From Lingula anatina (taxonomy: Eukaryota > Animalia > Brachiopoda): a stretch of DNA of 64,000 nucleotides. A program made the translations under genes and the position numbers. Of this stretch, positions 1 through 13,300 are shown one piece after another. Below the pieces are notes generated by a model, which worked only from the letters and a program-made list of their open reading frames with translations, was not told where the DNA came from and did not search any database. The stretch covers positions 8,308,001 to 8,372,000 of the forward strand of contig CM120642.1 in assembly GCA_051362555.1 (NCBI GenBank), read 5' to 3'. Within the stretch, counting starts at the first letter, position 1, and every line of letters begins with the position of its first letter.

Positions 1-24
1 CCACAGTGACTGTTTTCATTGCAG

Positions 25-3000
25 AGCATTCCTGGACATGCCTGGGGTTGACCCGCGTCTGGTCAGCCAGGACTGGGTCTATAACCACTACCGCTGGATT
101 GTGTGGAAGATGGCTGCCATGGAAGTGGCTTTTCCGCAACAGTTTGGTGGAAGGTATGGCAGTAATGAACTCTGATTGCTTTGTCAGATTTCGCAAGTTT
201 CATTGTTCAGTTTTTTTTGTTTTTTTTTCATGCTTACAAAGAAATAGAATTGCTTCAGATATCTTTTCAGATCAGCAATTTTGTCCTAGAAATAGAAATA
301 ATTTGTGGTAATCCTTGATATTATATTTTTTATTCAAGTTGGGGAAATAATACAGTGATAGCAAAGAAAATCCATTACTTTTTCATATGATAAGTGTTAA
401 GTATTTTTTTTTTCTGTATAGAGCTGTTTGTCTTCTTGACAGTCTTTATAAGAATCTTCAAAACAAACCTACAGACATATGCTAAGTATGTACAATATTT
501 TGACTGTCTAGTGGGTCATAAAATCAATGATGTACATTTTTGTCATAGATTGCTCTGTTCTTGTGACTTGATGAAATTCAAGCACAAGTTAAATATTATA
601 CACTTGAAAATATAATTCAGTAAAATATCAAAATAGACTGTTATATAAAAGTAAAACGTTACAAAAATTGTGTATATTGTACACTAAATATTCAATCTTT
701 TTCAAATACTAAGTCTTATCGCTTTACCGTACTTAAAGCAACACTAAGAATATACTGGACCAAAGGCCTTAAATTACTAGCTTACATGTTCATATATTAG
801 TTAGAAAAAAGCTCCTACTGGACATTAGAACGAATTGAGACTATAAAATGTTAATTCTTACACATGCCTTGATTATTACTTCACTTCAGATTGTAAAGGG
901 GATGAAATAGTGTAGTAATATCATACTAAAAGATGAGTTTTTTGTTAGTCCAGTAATAGAATCAAAGTTATTGATATACAGAGTTGCAGGCAATCAAGTT
1001 ATGATCTGTCATGATGTGTGAAGTCATTTAAAGCTGATTCAGAAATGGGTTCACAAGAGACAGTTACTTTAAACTTGACACTGTTTCATATGTATCCCTG
1101 CATTTAATGTAGAACTGATTAAAAAAAAACTTACATAACATGCTTATAATATAAGTACAGTACATGCTGTATACTTTAGGGCACTTGTTTTGCACTATTT
1201 ATAAAGCAACTGACTTATAAACAACCTGTTGGAATGTAACTTGATAGTAAGTAGAGATCAATCTGTATATCCTATGTAAAGGTTGCTATTTGTTCCAGGT
1301 GCCTGACCCCTCACAGAGTGATGCTACAGCTCAAGTACAGATACGACAGAGAGGTGGATGCCAGTCAAAGGTACCAGGGTGATAAACTTGGCTCTCAATA
1401 GCTTATCTAGCACGTATATACCTAATATAAAATGGCCTAGTTATCGCTCGTTAAATACTTGAAAACTTGAGGCCCCTTATGTTATTGTTATTGCCACCTT
1501 GTGGAAATATGAACATTTACAGCTGCAGATTTATCGTCCTTCAAAATGCATTAATTTTAATACCCTGAAGTTCATATTTAAACATAGAAAGTTATGAGTG
1601 TGGGCTTTTGCTTCTGGCTAAGGCCATTGCTGACATTTTGTTTATGAATAACACTATTAATAGTAAGAAAAGATAACTTTGGAAATTGAGTCAACTTTTA
1701 AAAGGCACCTTGAAAGTTTTTAACAAAGTCTAATCTGGAGTGGTCTACAGCAGAACCTCTGTATTGGCTGTCATATGTACTGGAGCCGGCCTATAGATGG
1801 AGTCTAACCCCACGATGTTGAGGTTTTCTTTTTTAATCTCCTTCACAATTCTCATCCCCTCTCGGCTGATCTTGGTCCCCATTAAAAGTACTTCCTGGAC
1901 ACTGACATTGACAGCTAAAGCGGCAGCGAGGGTCCGGCAGCCCTGGTTTGATATGTTAATCCTGCTGAGGTCCAGGCGCTGGACAGTGTGGTTGAATTTC
2001 AGTGCCTCGCTGAGGGCCTGGATGCCATTGTTGTCTAGCTGGGTGTCAGTCAGAAGTAGCTCTTTTAGAGACTGGTTGACTTTCAGACCCTGCGCCATGG
2101 ACAGCATGTTCATGCTTTCAAGTTTGGTTCCACAGAGGTTCAGGACCTGGAGTTGCTTGGTGTGCTCGAGTTTGACGCTCATTTCCTCAGCAGAGACGAG
2201 GTTGAGGGAGCAGCAGGGGAAGTGGAGCTCCTGGATGGATAAGGGAGTATGGCGGATGATGTTTGAGAGGAGAGGCGCATTGGTCATGTTGACAAATGTC
2301 AGCGAAGTGACGTGGGTCATGTTTTGACATGCTGTTTGTAAGTTGGCCCAAACTGAGGCTGAGATCTTGTCATTCTCACTTTGAGACTCCTCTATGCATT
2401 TGACTGTCTTAATGCTGGTGTTTCCCCTGAGTGCAGTTGCCAGGAAGTAAGTGGAGGTGCCAGTATCTAAGGATATCAACTTGAGAATGCTGATATTGGC
2501 GCTGTCCCTAACAGCCTCGGCTAAAGTCAGCAGAGTTTCTCTGTTGTATGTACAGAAATGGTTCACCTTAATGTCCATCTCGGTCACTTGACAGTCTGGC
2601 GACCTGACCACACTGGCCAGGCCGTTAATGGCTGCCGCTGATATTGGCTCGCGTTGGCGCAGCAGGAGTCTTGCTGGAATTGATTTAGCAATGAGGTCTG
2701 TGCTGTCCTTTCTCCCCTGACACTCATTGACACACTCCAAGCTGAGGATGAAGTCCAGTACCCTGCCCTCAAGTTTCTTATCCTTTAAAGAATCATCAGC
2801 ACCATTTTTCACATCAGTTTTCCTGTAGTCACTTGCAGCTTGAGTTTTCAGGTCCACGTGAGTGAAGGCACGTCTTGTGCTTTTGTTAAGGAGAGAGTTC
2901 TGCCTCTTCCCTAGACTTTTTCCATTAACAGAGAATGTGATAGCCCTCCATTTTGTTAGATTGTGTTTTGCCATAAGTGAGAACAGATCGTGGAGGATTT

Positions 3001-6000
3001 TGACTGTGGAGACCTCGTAGCTGTGGCGTTTGAGTCCGCAGTAGAATACACACACATTGTGGAGGGACTTATCCTTGACCAGCTGTTGAGAGTAGACAAA
3101 GAACCTTTCCTGTGTCATGTCTGCTAGATATCTGGCTGCCAGGTACTCTTGGAAAGCCTTGTTAGCAAACATGCAGTATTCTGTACTTCTAGGGCGCTTG
3201 GATTGGAACTTCACCATAGGACCCAGTTTATAGATGAGGGCATTGATGTAGGTTTTATTGAGCTCATCGCACTTGAAGACTGTCTTCTTACTTAACATGC
3301 TCTGGAAGGCTATTTCTTCAAGCTGGCTGATTGTCCTCTTGATTTCTTCGGGGAGTATCCCGCCCGGAACATCCACCCCCTGTCTGGTACAGAACAGCCT
3401 CTGTAAGCTCAGCATCAGTTGGTCCATGATGAAAGTCTGGGTTCCAAACTGGAGACTCACTTTGGCTTCAACAGTGCCACACAGGCTGAGAAGGTTGAAG
3501 GGACTTTGTGTCAGGGCACAAAGTGCGATTTCATTTTCTGATGCAAGCTTTGACATTAAACCAGCATAGCTTTCAACAGATACTTTGGTTGATTGGGCAT
3601 ATTGCCTAACGAGGTCCTCCTTGGCTTCCACCTTTGTGATCCCCATAATGTGAAGAGCAGTGTCACAATACTTCATCAGTGATTGGACATAGCTTGGTTC
3701 AGTTGTCATGACAATATGCGCCTTGTCTAAAAGTTTTTGTCCAATCAGATCAGAGAAGACTCTGTTTGAGGAGGTCACATGATCATAGCTATCCAACAGA
3801 AAGAGAGTATCTTTCTGATTGGCTACTATCAAAGACCAAAGTTCATCCTTAGTCAGTTTGAAATTGAATGGAATCAGCTGATCAAAGATAGCGTCTTGTA
3901 GACTTTGGTTCTCTGACATCATTCTAAGATCAACCAGAAAGAGAAGCTGAAAGTTTTTGGGGAAGTATCCATGGTTCTTTGCCCAGGAGTAAGCCATATG
4001 TTTCAGAGCAGTGGACTTTCCATACCCACTAAGACCTGATAGAAGAACCCTTCCTGGAGCCTCACATTTTGGGTGAGGGTCAAAGATCTCATTGTTGGGC
4101 AGCACCCTCCTGAATAGAAAGTTATAGAAATATATATATATAATACAAGTGTAGATCTTGTGTATAATTTTAAGCCGACAATTGAGATGAGATTACATGC
4201 AGAAGGGACATATATTACTACTTGTGTGCGATTATCCAATCCATGTTTGAAGGTTTTTTTTTTCTTTATGAAATTTAGAACTAAGAAATTTGCATAAAAA
4301 TTTGTAATCAGATGAATGAAGGCACAAATGAATGAATAGAAAAATTGTTTCATCAGTGATAAGATAGGTAATATATTTGTCAATAAGTGAAGTATATCCC
4401 TACCCTTGTGAGTCTGTCAGCTCTAGGGGTACTGTGAATTCATGCAGATCCACTTGCACTGATTCGTGCCATGTTGCTGGTCTCCAGCGGCTGTACTGGG
4501 ATTTGTAGACATTGCTGAGAACTCCTCTACAGTACTCTAGGACATCTGAAGTTAGGATAAATGATAATAATTACTATAATTGTTATTATAATTGACAAAC
4601 TGGATTTTTGTTGACATGTTACATTATGAAAAAATCATTTTTTATTATTTTGATGAATCAGTGTCATAAAACCAGTCAATTAAATATTTTATGTATGAAG
4701 CGGAACTACATTGACTTTATGTATTCCACATGCATCTAAAGTATTGATTTGTCAGTTTTGACATTTGAATAAGAAATTAAACCAATCCAACTCTTTGCCC
4801 TTGCCTAATGTTTGGCCCAATATCTATGACCTAGAACTAGTGCCGTAGAAATTTGTTTAACAAAAAAGCAGTCAATTTCCTCATCCTACGTGCCTGAATT
4901 AATCCAAAATCCCTAGTACAAGCAATTCCTAATCCCATGGGTGCATATAACATCCAGTTCTTTTAAAGGACAAGCCAACAGATTACTTGTAATATGTTAG
5001 CATAGGAATAAGATTTGGTTTGATAACATTATACTCCACTTGTTTGAGAACTATGTGGTCTTATGATGGTGGAAGGGATTTCTCTTATTTGAGGGACATG
5101 GCAATTAATAAGGCTTTACTTTCTGTTGTTTGTCAATAGTGTAACTGATAGTTTCAGGTCTTTGAGATTTTCAAATCTGTCTATTGAAATGAGTATTTTA
5201 GGTTTTTATGAGATGGGGGTGTGTTTACTACTGGCTATTCTTTCTTTCTATGTATACTTTCTAGTATTTTTCGTATAGAATTATTTATTTGTAGATGAGC
5301 ATTTAAATGATAATTTTGAAACAAGTCATGAAGGTAATTAATAAAAATAATTAGCAATAGATATTGGTTATCTTTCTCCAAAAGTGTCAGTAAGTAAACC
5401 GCTGTTACTGTATGAAAATGATTAATCTTGAGAAAATAAGATGAGATATTAGAAAATGTTAGCCATACCATACCATATCATAACATACCAATGTCACTTA
5501 CCAAAGTTTTTTGTAATGGCCTCTCTATACATGGCGGCCCTAGCCTGAGACATCTGCTCATGAATCTCGGGATACTTGAAGCGAATTGCGTCACAAAAAG
5601 CCATATATGCATGGGAGGCCCTGCGAGGAAGGACATCCAGCAGTTCCCGCATTTTCTCCGTGTTTCTTTTCTGGGTGTTTATGTTCTCCTTGTCCACAGT
5701 GGTGAGGACCCTGTCTTCTACCAGTCGCGCCAGAACGTCGTCTGCTTGAATGTTGTCAACCAATGTTTTGTAGAATTTGAGGAGGATGTTTCTTTCTTCT
5801 TGTGACATGCCTGCAAGTTGAATGATATGAAAGTATAAGTTTATATTTAATATGAATTTGATGGACTGAAATAAATTATGTTTAAATTAACTTCCACCCC
5901 CGCCCCCCAAAAACAGAAAAATATTAGACAAAAAAGGTATCAATTATGCTTATTACAGTTTTGAATAAATAGGAAATTTCCATGTGATAAAACCTCTTTC

Positions 6001-9000
6001 AACCTACCTGATGAATCTGGATCATTGAACAAAGTTGCTTTTTTCTTTCCTCTCTTCCCGCCTTTCTCTTTACTGTTCACAGCAGGTAATCTCTGATGTG
6101 GTGAAGCCAGTGAGAGCGGCTTGTTCCTTGATTGTTGAATCTCTCTCTCTATAGCCTCAACATTACTGCTGGCTTGGTGCCAAGATTTCAAAACATTTCT
6201 ATAATGCTGTTGCATCTCACTGTCCATGGCTTCGCGCTGCATTCTCTTGATGCGAACATTACATATTGGTCCCCCCATGCGTAACAATACCTCAGAGATA
6301 TGTGACCAGTAGCCATTGAAGTCTTTCTCAGGAAGGGAATCCAGCGAGACCAGCTGCCGTCTGTACCACTGAACTCTCGCAACGTCTGCAGAGATCCCTT
6401 TATCGCTCTGCAGGGGACAGCTGTCCCAACCGTTTGGGTAAGGTGGCGCCAAGTGACAGATGTGACGGAGGAGAACGTACAGGAGAGTAGGGCCGTAGTT
6501 CTCAGAATTGGCATTTTTCTTCCTCCGTGGGTATAACTTTCCCCACTGTGCCTCGCTAATTAGTCCCCTGGATTTCAGTCCACGCAGGGTCTTGTGAACC
6601 TCTCCTTTTGCAAGGTGCTCGTGTAAAGTAATTGGAGGGTGGATACTGTCAAAAAGTTCCTTCATTGAAAGGGTTCCACCTTCTACAAGAAGTCGACTGA
6701 GATTTGACAGGTTAACCTTTGACATTTCCTCTTCTGAGGATATTTGTGTTTGAGTGACATCATTTTCGGTTGCCATGGTTGGTGGAGATGGTTTTAAATA
6801 AGAATGTCAGACTGAAAATGAAAATTTAAAAATAGAAGATTTTGAAATGACAATTATTGTCCATGGAATCCAAAATAATTAGATTGATAAATTGTTTTAT
6901 TTTGAACAATGACATTCATATTACCAGGTATGCTGGAAGCCTTTTCTGATTCAGTTTGGAAAAATATTTATTAAAGCTTTGAGAAATTTAATTTGCTGTT
7001 GTGTTACAATCACAGCCAATTTGAAACCAAAAGGTGGTTTTTAAATTTTTCACTTCCCTTTTCTCTCACAAACAAACCTAGCTCACTAAACATTTAATGT
7101 ACTTAACGTGTAAGCTTTATGATGATGTTGTAGAGAAAGCTGAGAGCAGCTTGCGTTCTGCCCTTTACTGTTGACATTATAGCAGCAAACATTGCTGCAG
7201 AATAAAAACTGGTTTAAAAAACTAGAGATGTCACTGAGTTCAGTGTTAAGTGTGGCCTACAGATGAAACTTGACTAAAAGGTTTTTCTAGTTATTTCAAA
7301 ACTGAGACAAAACTTTGAGGCTTTACTTTTATTGAAAAATTAAAATAATGTGATAAAAAGAGGAAAATAGATTTTTAAAAATAAATAAAATAAAAACAAT
7401 TAAAAGTGTCTGTGGAAATTAAAGGCTTAAAAACTCCAATGTCAATCTTGGTCACAGAATTTGTTAACACATCCCATTCAAAAGTTGAAAAACATGATGA
7501 AAATATTTCTAACAGAAGAAAATCAAGACACAAACTTTAATAACAAACTTACCTACTACTCAACTGGTTTAACAGATCATCTCAGTGGTAATCAGTTCAC
7601 AGTCTTTCCACATGGAATGAATGGCCCATACGTAGCACCAGTTACATTTAACAACTAGCATCCAGTCACCCTGTTTTCCCCCAACCTGCTACAGTTGTTT
7701 CTTGGTTACCGATTGCTACCCGCTGCCTGTCAGTCTTCATTTGTATTCAGCCTGGCGCTGTTAATCTCTCAGTTCACCCGATGGTTGACCCTTGCTGTTT
7801 GACAGGCATCGCTGACAGGGGTCTTAATCTTCAAAGTGACGGATTCATTATTGATTAGATAAGCAGGCGGTCTTAAAGGTGTTTAGACTCTTGAGTATTA
7901 CGCTGATAATCACCAAGCAAAGAGTGATTGGTTACAGTATGCAGTGGATGTTGGTGGTGTTTTAGCGCCAATTTTGTGTTTTGTGGATGTTTGTTGTAAA
8001 TTATGGGACATTTTAATGAATTTGGGAATGGAATTTCATAATTATCTTTGCAAAAGGAGATTGTGATATTTGCCAAGAGTGATTTATTATTTTTTTAGAT
8101 AAAATATTATATAATAGTGGATGCCCTCCATTGTTGACTATTTTATGACCATTAATTTTACCTTTTAAAGAGATCAATTTTAATATTTTCTCTGGGGCAA
8201 AAAAAGATGAAATTTTTTCTGTGTGAAAAATCTTGAAATCTCATATCATCTCCATAGTGTAAACTGTCTAGTTGGTTTGTCCTTTTCCACTTATGTCCTG
8301 CATTCAAACATACCTTGATAAGTCTGTTTACTGTACAGTTACATGGTGTATAACCCAGTACATGTGGCTTATGCTTCAGAATGACAAAACAACAAATCTG
8401 GATGTTATAGTTCATTCAGTCTTGCAGTGTCATGGATTATTTTAGTTGATAGTTTTTACAACAATTATTTGTTTTAAAAGAAGGTATTTGTTGAAAGTTT
8501 GAATCTTATTAACTAAATAGATATTGTGATGTAATTGTGTACCCTGTCTATTTTTTTTTTTTTTTTTTTTTTTGTTATCTTGAGAATGGCATTTTATATT
8601 AAACTAATCTAATTAAATCAAGGCTCATGCATTTGATGTAGATTATTCACTGTGAGAACATGTTGACAGTTCTGACATTTTGATATAAAATTCAAGGCTA
8701 ACCAGACTGGTGAGCTCAGTGTTGATGTAGTGAGTGCCCTACTACTGGCAGGTCCCTGTAGCCTCTGCCTTTGATGCTAAACACACTTGTTTACTTTGTT
8801 AGGGGAGAAATTTACTCTTCAGCTTTGGAAGCTTTCTTCCATGGAGAAATTCTGTATCCACTTCATCTGATGCATAATGTATAATCTGCTTTACAGTGAA
8901 GCAAACTTAAGCTGTGGTTTGTTTTGATTACTTAATTCTTTAAATTTTGGCTGCCAGGCATACAGGAACACAAATAAAATAAAAGTATGTTTTCAAGCTA

Positions 9001-10328
9001 GAGCCAGCCCTACAATGAGCAGAATCTTTGAAATTATTTCCTAAAAATGATATTTATAAAATAAATACATTTCAATAAAATGTTTGGTATTATTGATAGG
9101 TTCAATAACTACCAGATATTGAATCATTGCTCTTTTGTCTCATTTAACATGAGACCTATTGGTCAAAACGGATTTCATAGTGACATAATTTTTTTCAGAT
9201 CTGCAGTGAAGAAAATAACTGAAAGAGATGACACTCCTGCCAAAACTATGATACTGTGTGTGAGCAGAGTTCTTACAAACAAAAGTATAGAGACAGGGGG
9301 ACAAACTCATAGTAGAGGCAAGGAGGGAGAGAAAGAGGCACCAAAAATGGCAGTGGAAAATGTATGACATTGCATTGCCCTCAGTGTTTTACTTTTTCAT
9401 ATGTGTAATTTAACATGTTAAGGTTTATATTAAGTTTGTTTTTGAAGTCTTATTTAAAATCTTTCAAATCTAATCTAATACTTATCAGATTCCACCGCAA
9501 ATTTAATGTTATTGCACAATCCAATTGCTTTGAGGTCGAAGAAATACAAGCAAATATTTATGTATTGATAATCATTGTCATTCACCTCTATATTTATCCC
9601 CCTCTAAGGCCACAGTAGAGCTGACAGATGGCTGGTACCCCATTAGAACACAGTTGGACCCCGCCCTGACCAAACTCCTCAGGTCTGGCAGGCTGAGAGT
9701 GGGCCAGAAACTCTGTGTATGTGGGGCTGAACTTGTGGGTTCCCAGGATGCCTGCTTACCACTAGAGGTGGGTTAGATACTTTATTTATTTATTTGAAAA
9801 CAAGCATTTTATGCAAAAATATTTTTGTGCTATTACTTAGATAATGTGTTTTCTTTGTACTCACATCTTTTTATTTACATATTGCTATTATCATGAAGAA
9901 ATGCAGCTAACTTTTTTTGTGTGACACTGTGATTTTGTCTATTTATTTACTGCAATTTTATTAGGAAAAGCAAAAGTGAAAAAAGTAAGTAAACGTACAT
10001 TGTAATATGATCCTCTCAACATGACACCAAAAAGGCAATTAGTTTTCTAGATCAATGTCTTGCACATGGGTTAATACATTTAGAGATCTATGATGTCAGT
10101 GTTTTATATGTTCTTCATTCTGTTACCAGGCACCACCAGATCTTCTACTTAAAATCAGTGGGAATTCCACCAGGCCTGCTAGATGGGATGCCAAACTTGG
10201 CTTCCACAGGTCCCCACACCCTTTCCCTGTGCCCCTGGGGTCTCTGTTCCCAGATGGGGGGATAGTGGGGTGTGTGGATGTCATGGCAACCAGGGTGTAC
10301 CCTATGCAGGTGGGTTTGAGCTCTCTCT

Positions 10329-10381
<53 letters not shown>

Positions 10382-13300
10382 CACGCACGCGTGCATGCAT
10401 GTGTGTGTAAGAGGGAGTTGGTGGATTGAAGTAATGAACTTTTGTTTAATAGTTTTCATTTATGTAAGCAAGTACAAAATTTCAGGGATCCTCAAAATCT
10501 TATTATCCTCATTATGATATAGAACTTTCTTTCTGATTTAGTATATGGAGAAGTTACCAAATGGCTCCAATGTGTTCCGCTGTGGTCGGATGGAAGAACG
10601 AGAGTCAAAAAAGTTTGAACAAACAAGACAAGAGAGAATGGAGAAACTGTTGGCTAGAATTCAAGCAGACGTTGAACTAAAGAGTTCTGATAAGAGTGAG
10701 TTATTCTCCATTTTATGGTACTAAAGATTTCTTTAAAGGAATATTTAAACTCAAAAACATATTTTTTCAAAATTCATTTATCCAGCTTTCAAAATAACAA
10801 ATATTTCTTGCCCTGCATTTTTACTTTTTAAAAGGTCAAAGATTCATTGAGTATCAAGGAAATTACAGTGATATTGGAATGTGTTAGGTGTGATAGCATT
10901 CACACTCCTGATTGTGCTCAATCTCAACATCTTTGCTCTAGGCACAAAGATGAAGAGAAGGTCAGTGAAGTTGACCAGTGTCCAGATCAGCAATCTGACC
11001 ACTGGCAAAGAGATCTATGATGCCATTCAGAACGCACCTGACCCCACTTCAATTGAGGTAGCTTGTAGACAGGGTTTCTATCAGTGTAAAACATGGCCCT
11101 ATCATAATGTCCTGAAATTAGTTTTCTATCCAAAAAGACAAGTACAAACAAAACTTAAAATGAAATCTGAAATAACTATGGCACCATTTTTGCAGTTTTG
11201 ATGAAATATTTCTTAGCTGACTATCAATAATTTCAAAACATTGCAATGCCATTTTGGCTGCTCTAGTGATAAGAACTTAAGTTCACCACAATCTTACAGT
11301 TTTAAGTGCTTGTTGGACAAAAACAAGAATTGTGAACAAAAATGAAAATTTTGCTTGAATTAATTTATCATTTTATCCCTTCCAAAGATGTTTACTTTAT
11401 TGTTCCCTTTAGATGGAGTTAAGTGAGGCTCAGATCTGTGCCCTGAATGAGCATAGATGTAGACTACAGATGGAGCAGCAAGCTGAGGTACAGGCACAGG
11501 TCAGGAAGGCTTTACAGGACACGGAGAACGAGGTACACGGGAGAGATGGTGTGTGTGCATACTTGCCTGAGTGTGTGTGTGTGCTCACACGCTTGTATAT
11601 TTATAGGAAGGGGTCTGCACTGAAAAATGCTAAATTCATACATACTGTAGCTGTTTTATTTTGAATAGGTAAAATATTCATGTTTAAGGCCTTCATGATG
11701 ATTTTGTATTTGACTTGTACTGTTTCATTTTAGAATCATTTCAAGGTGTTTCATTTGACTACACTTTAATGTACCACCTTATAGTTTTCAATTTTTTTAC
11801 TTGTTTTCAAGCTCATTGTAAAAAATAGACATTTTGTTGACTTTTTTCTGCTATATTTTTGATATTATCATTAATTGATATTAATTTGCATTTGAACAGC
11901 AGTCCAGCATGAGAAATGTGACACCACTGTTGAAGGTGAGAGTTGCTGGCTGCAGTAACTCTGATGTAGATGCTGGGATGAGTAAGTTTGTTGTAGAGAA
12001 TACTTGGAGTTCTTTTTTGAAGTAAAATAATATTTTGTAATTTGACTTTTGTGCAGGGACTTGGAATTCTAAAAATCTGTTGTGATGATTAGAAAAAATA
12101 ACTAATACCTGTTTCTGTTTAAGTAAATGTGTGATTCTGAACAAATTAAATTCAGAGAAAGAAGCAAAGTTGGAATCGAAGTTAACTGTGTAAAATACAT
12201 GTTGTGAAAAACATTCTTCAACCTAGATCTCCTGGCTGGTTAATTTCTGATTTTTTAAATATCTGAAATGTCCACAGATACATTCCTAACAGTATGGAGA
12301 CCAAGTGATGAAGTCATTCAGATGCTGCAGGAAGGAAAAAGGCTCAAAATATATAATCTCTCTGCGTCTGGTGCCAGGTAATGATATAACACACCATTGG
12401 TGTCTTCTTTTGCTGTCTTTGTACTGTAAATTAGTAGCTGTGTTTTCATGTTATATTGACATACTTTATATTGCATGTTAACACACACACTATTTGTGCT
12501 TGTCAATCACAAATTCATTTTCCCCCTTCGATGTCAAAAAAAATTCTTTGCATTCAGTGGTTTTTCTTCTTTCCTCATTAAGGGTTAAGAACTGTCCATG
12601 TGAAGTACAGTTGTCTGCATGCAGAGGTACAAAATACATGGAAAGTCAGATTGAGGAGAACTTCAAAGACCTCATTTTTGAACCCAGAGAAGTAAGATTT
12701 ACATTTGTAGTCATATTTATGGGCTCAGTTGTTTGGGGATGTCTTACTTGATTTAAAACAATTCAATGGCAATTTTTGGTTAAAAAAAGAAATTTAATTA
12801 ACTTTTATTAAAAATTAGTTACTTGTGATGGGGATGTTTAGAGTCAAAATGAGTATTTTTTTAAAAATGTAATACATTGATATTTTGTGTATTCTCTCTA
12901 GGTATATGAATTCAGTGAGCTGTGTAGTCATTCAGTAAGGCCAGCCTACAGTGAAGTAGATGTGGTGGGCTTTGTAGTACATGTCGCAGACAGTGGTGAC
13001 ACCTATAGGTGAGTTAGAAAGATACATCTGCAGTCAACGACAAACATGTTAATTCAGATTGTATTATATACAGTGACAAAAAATAAATGAAACCATTTTC
13101 CAAATTTTTTAAAGATCATAAATTACAGTGTAAACAAAGTTGAAATTTTGTTCCCAACACGTGATCATGAAATCAACTTTTCTATCAATTGATTGCAATA
13201 AATTTCCATTATAATTGCCAGCGCTTGTTCCAGATCTGGTGGTTGTATGCAGACCGTTTACTTTGTGGACAACACTGAAGAATTCCTGGAGGTAAAGTTT

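Noticed and set aside
1797-3569. Plus-strand ORFs of 176 and 103 aa
   Set aside because: They are antisense shadows of the NLR exon with no recognisable motifs.
10145-10517. ORFs with VCVCVC or HTHTHT runs
   Set aside because: They are translations of the (GT)n microsatellite.
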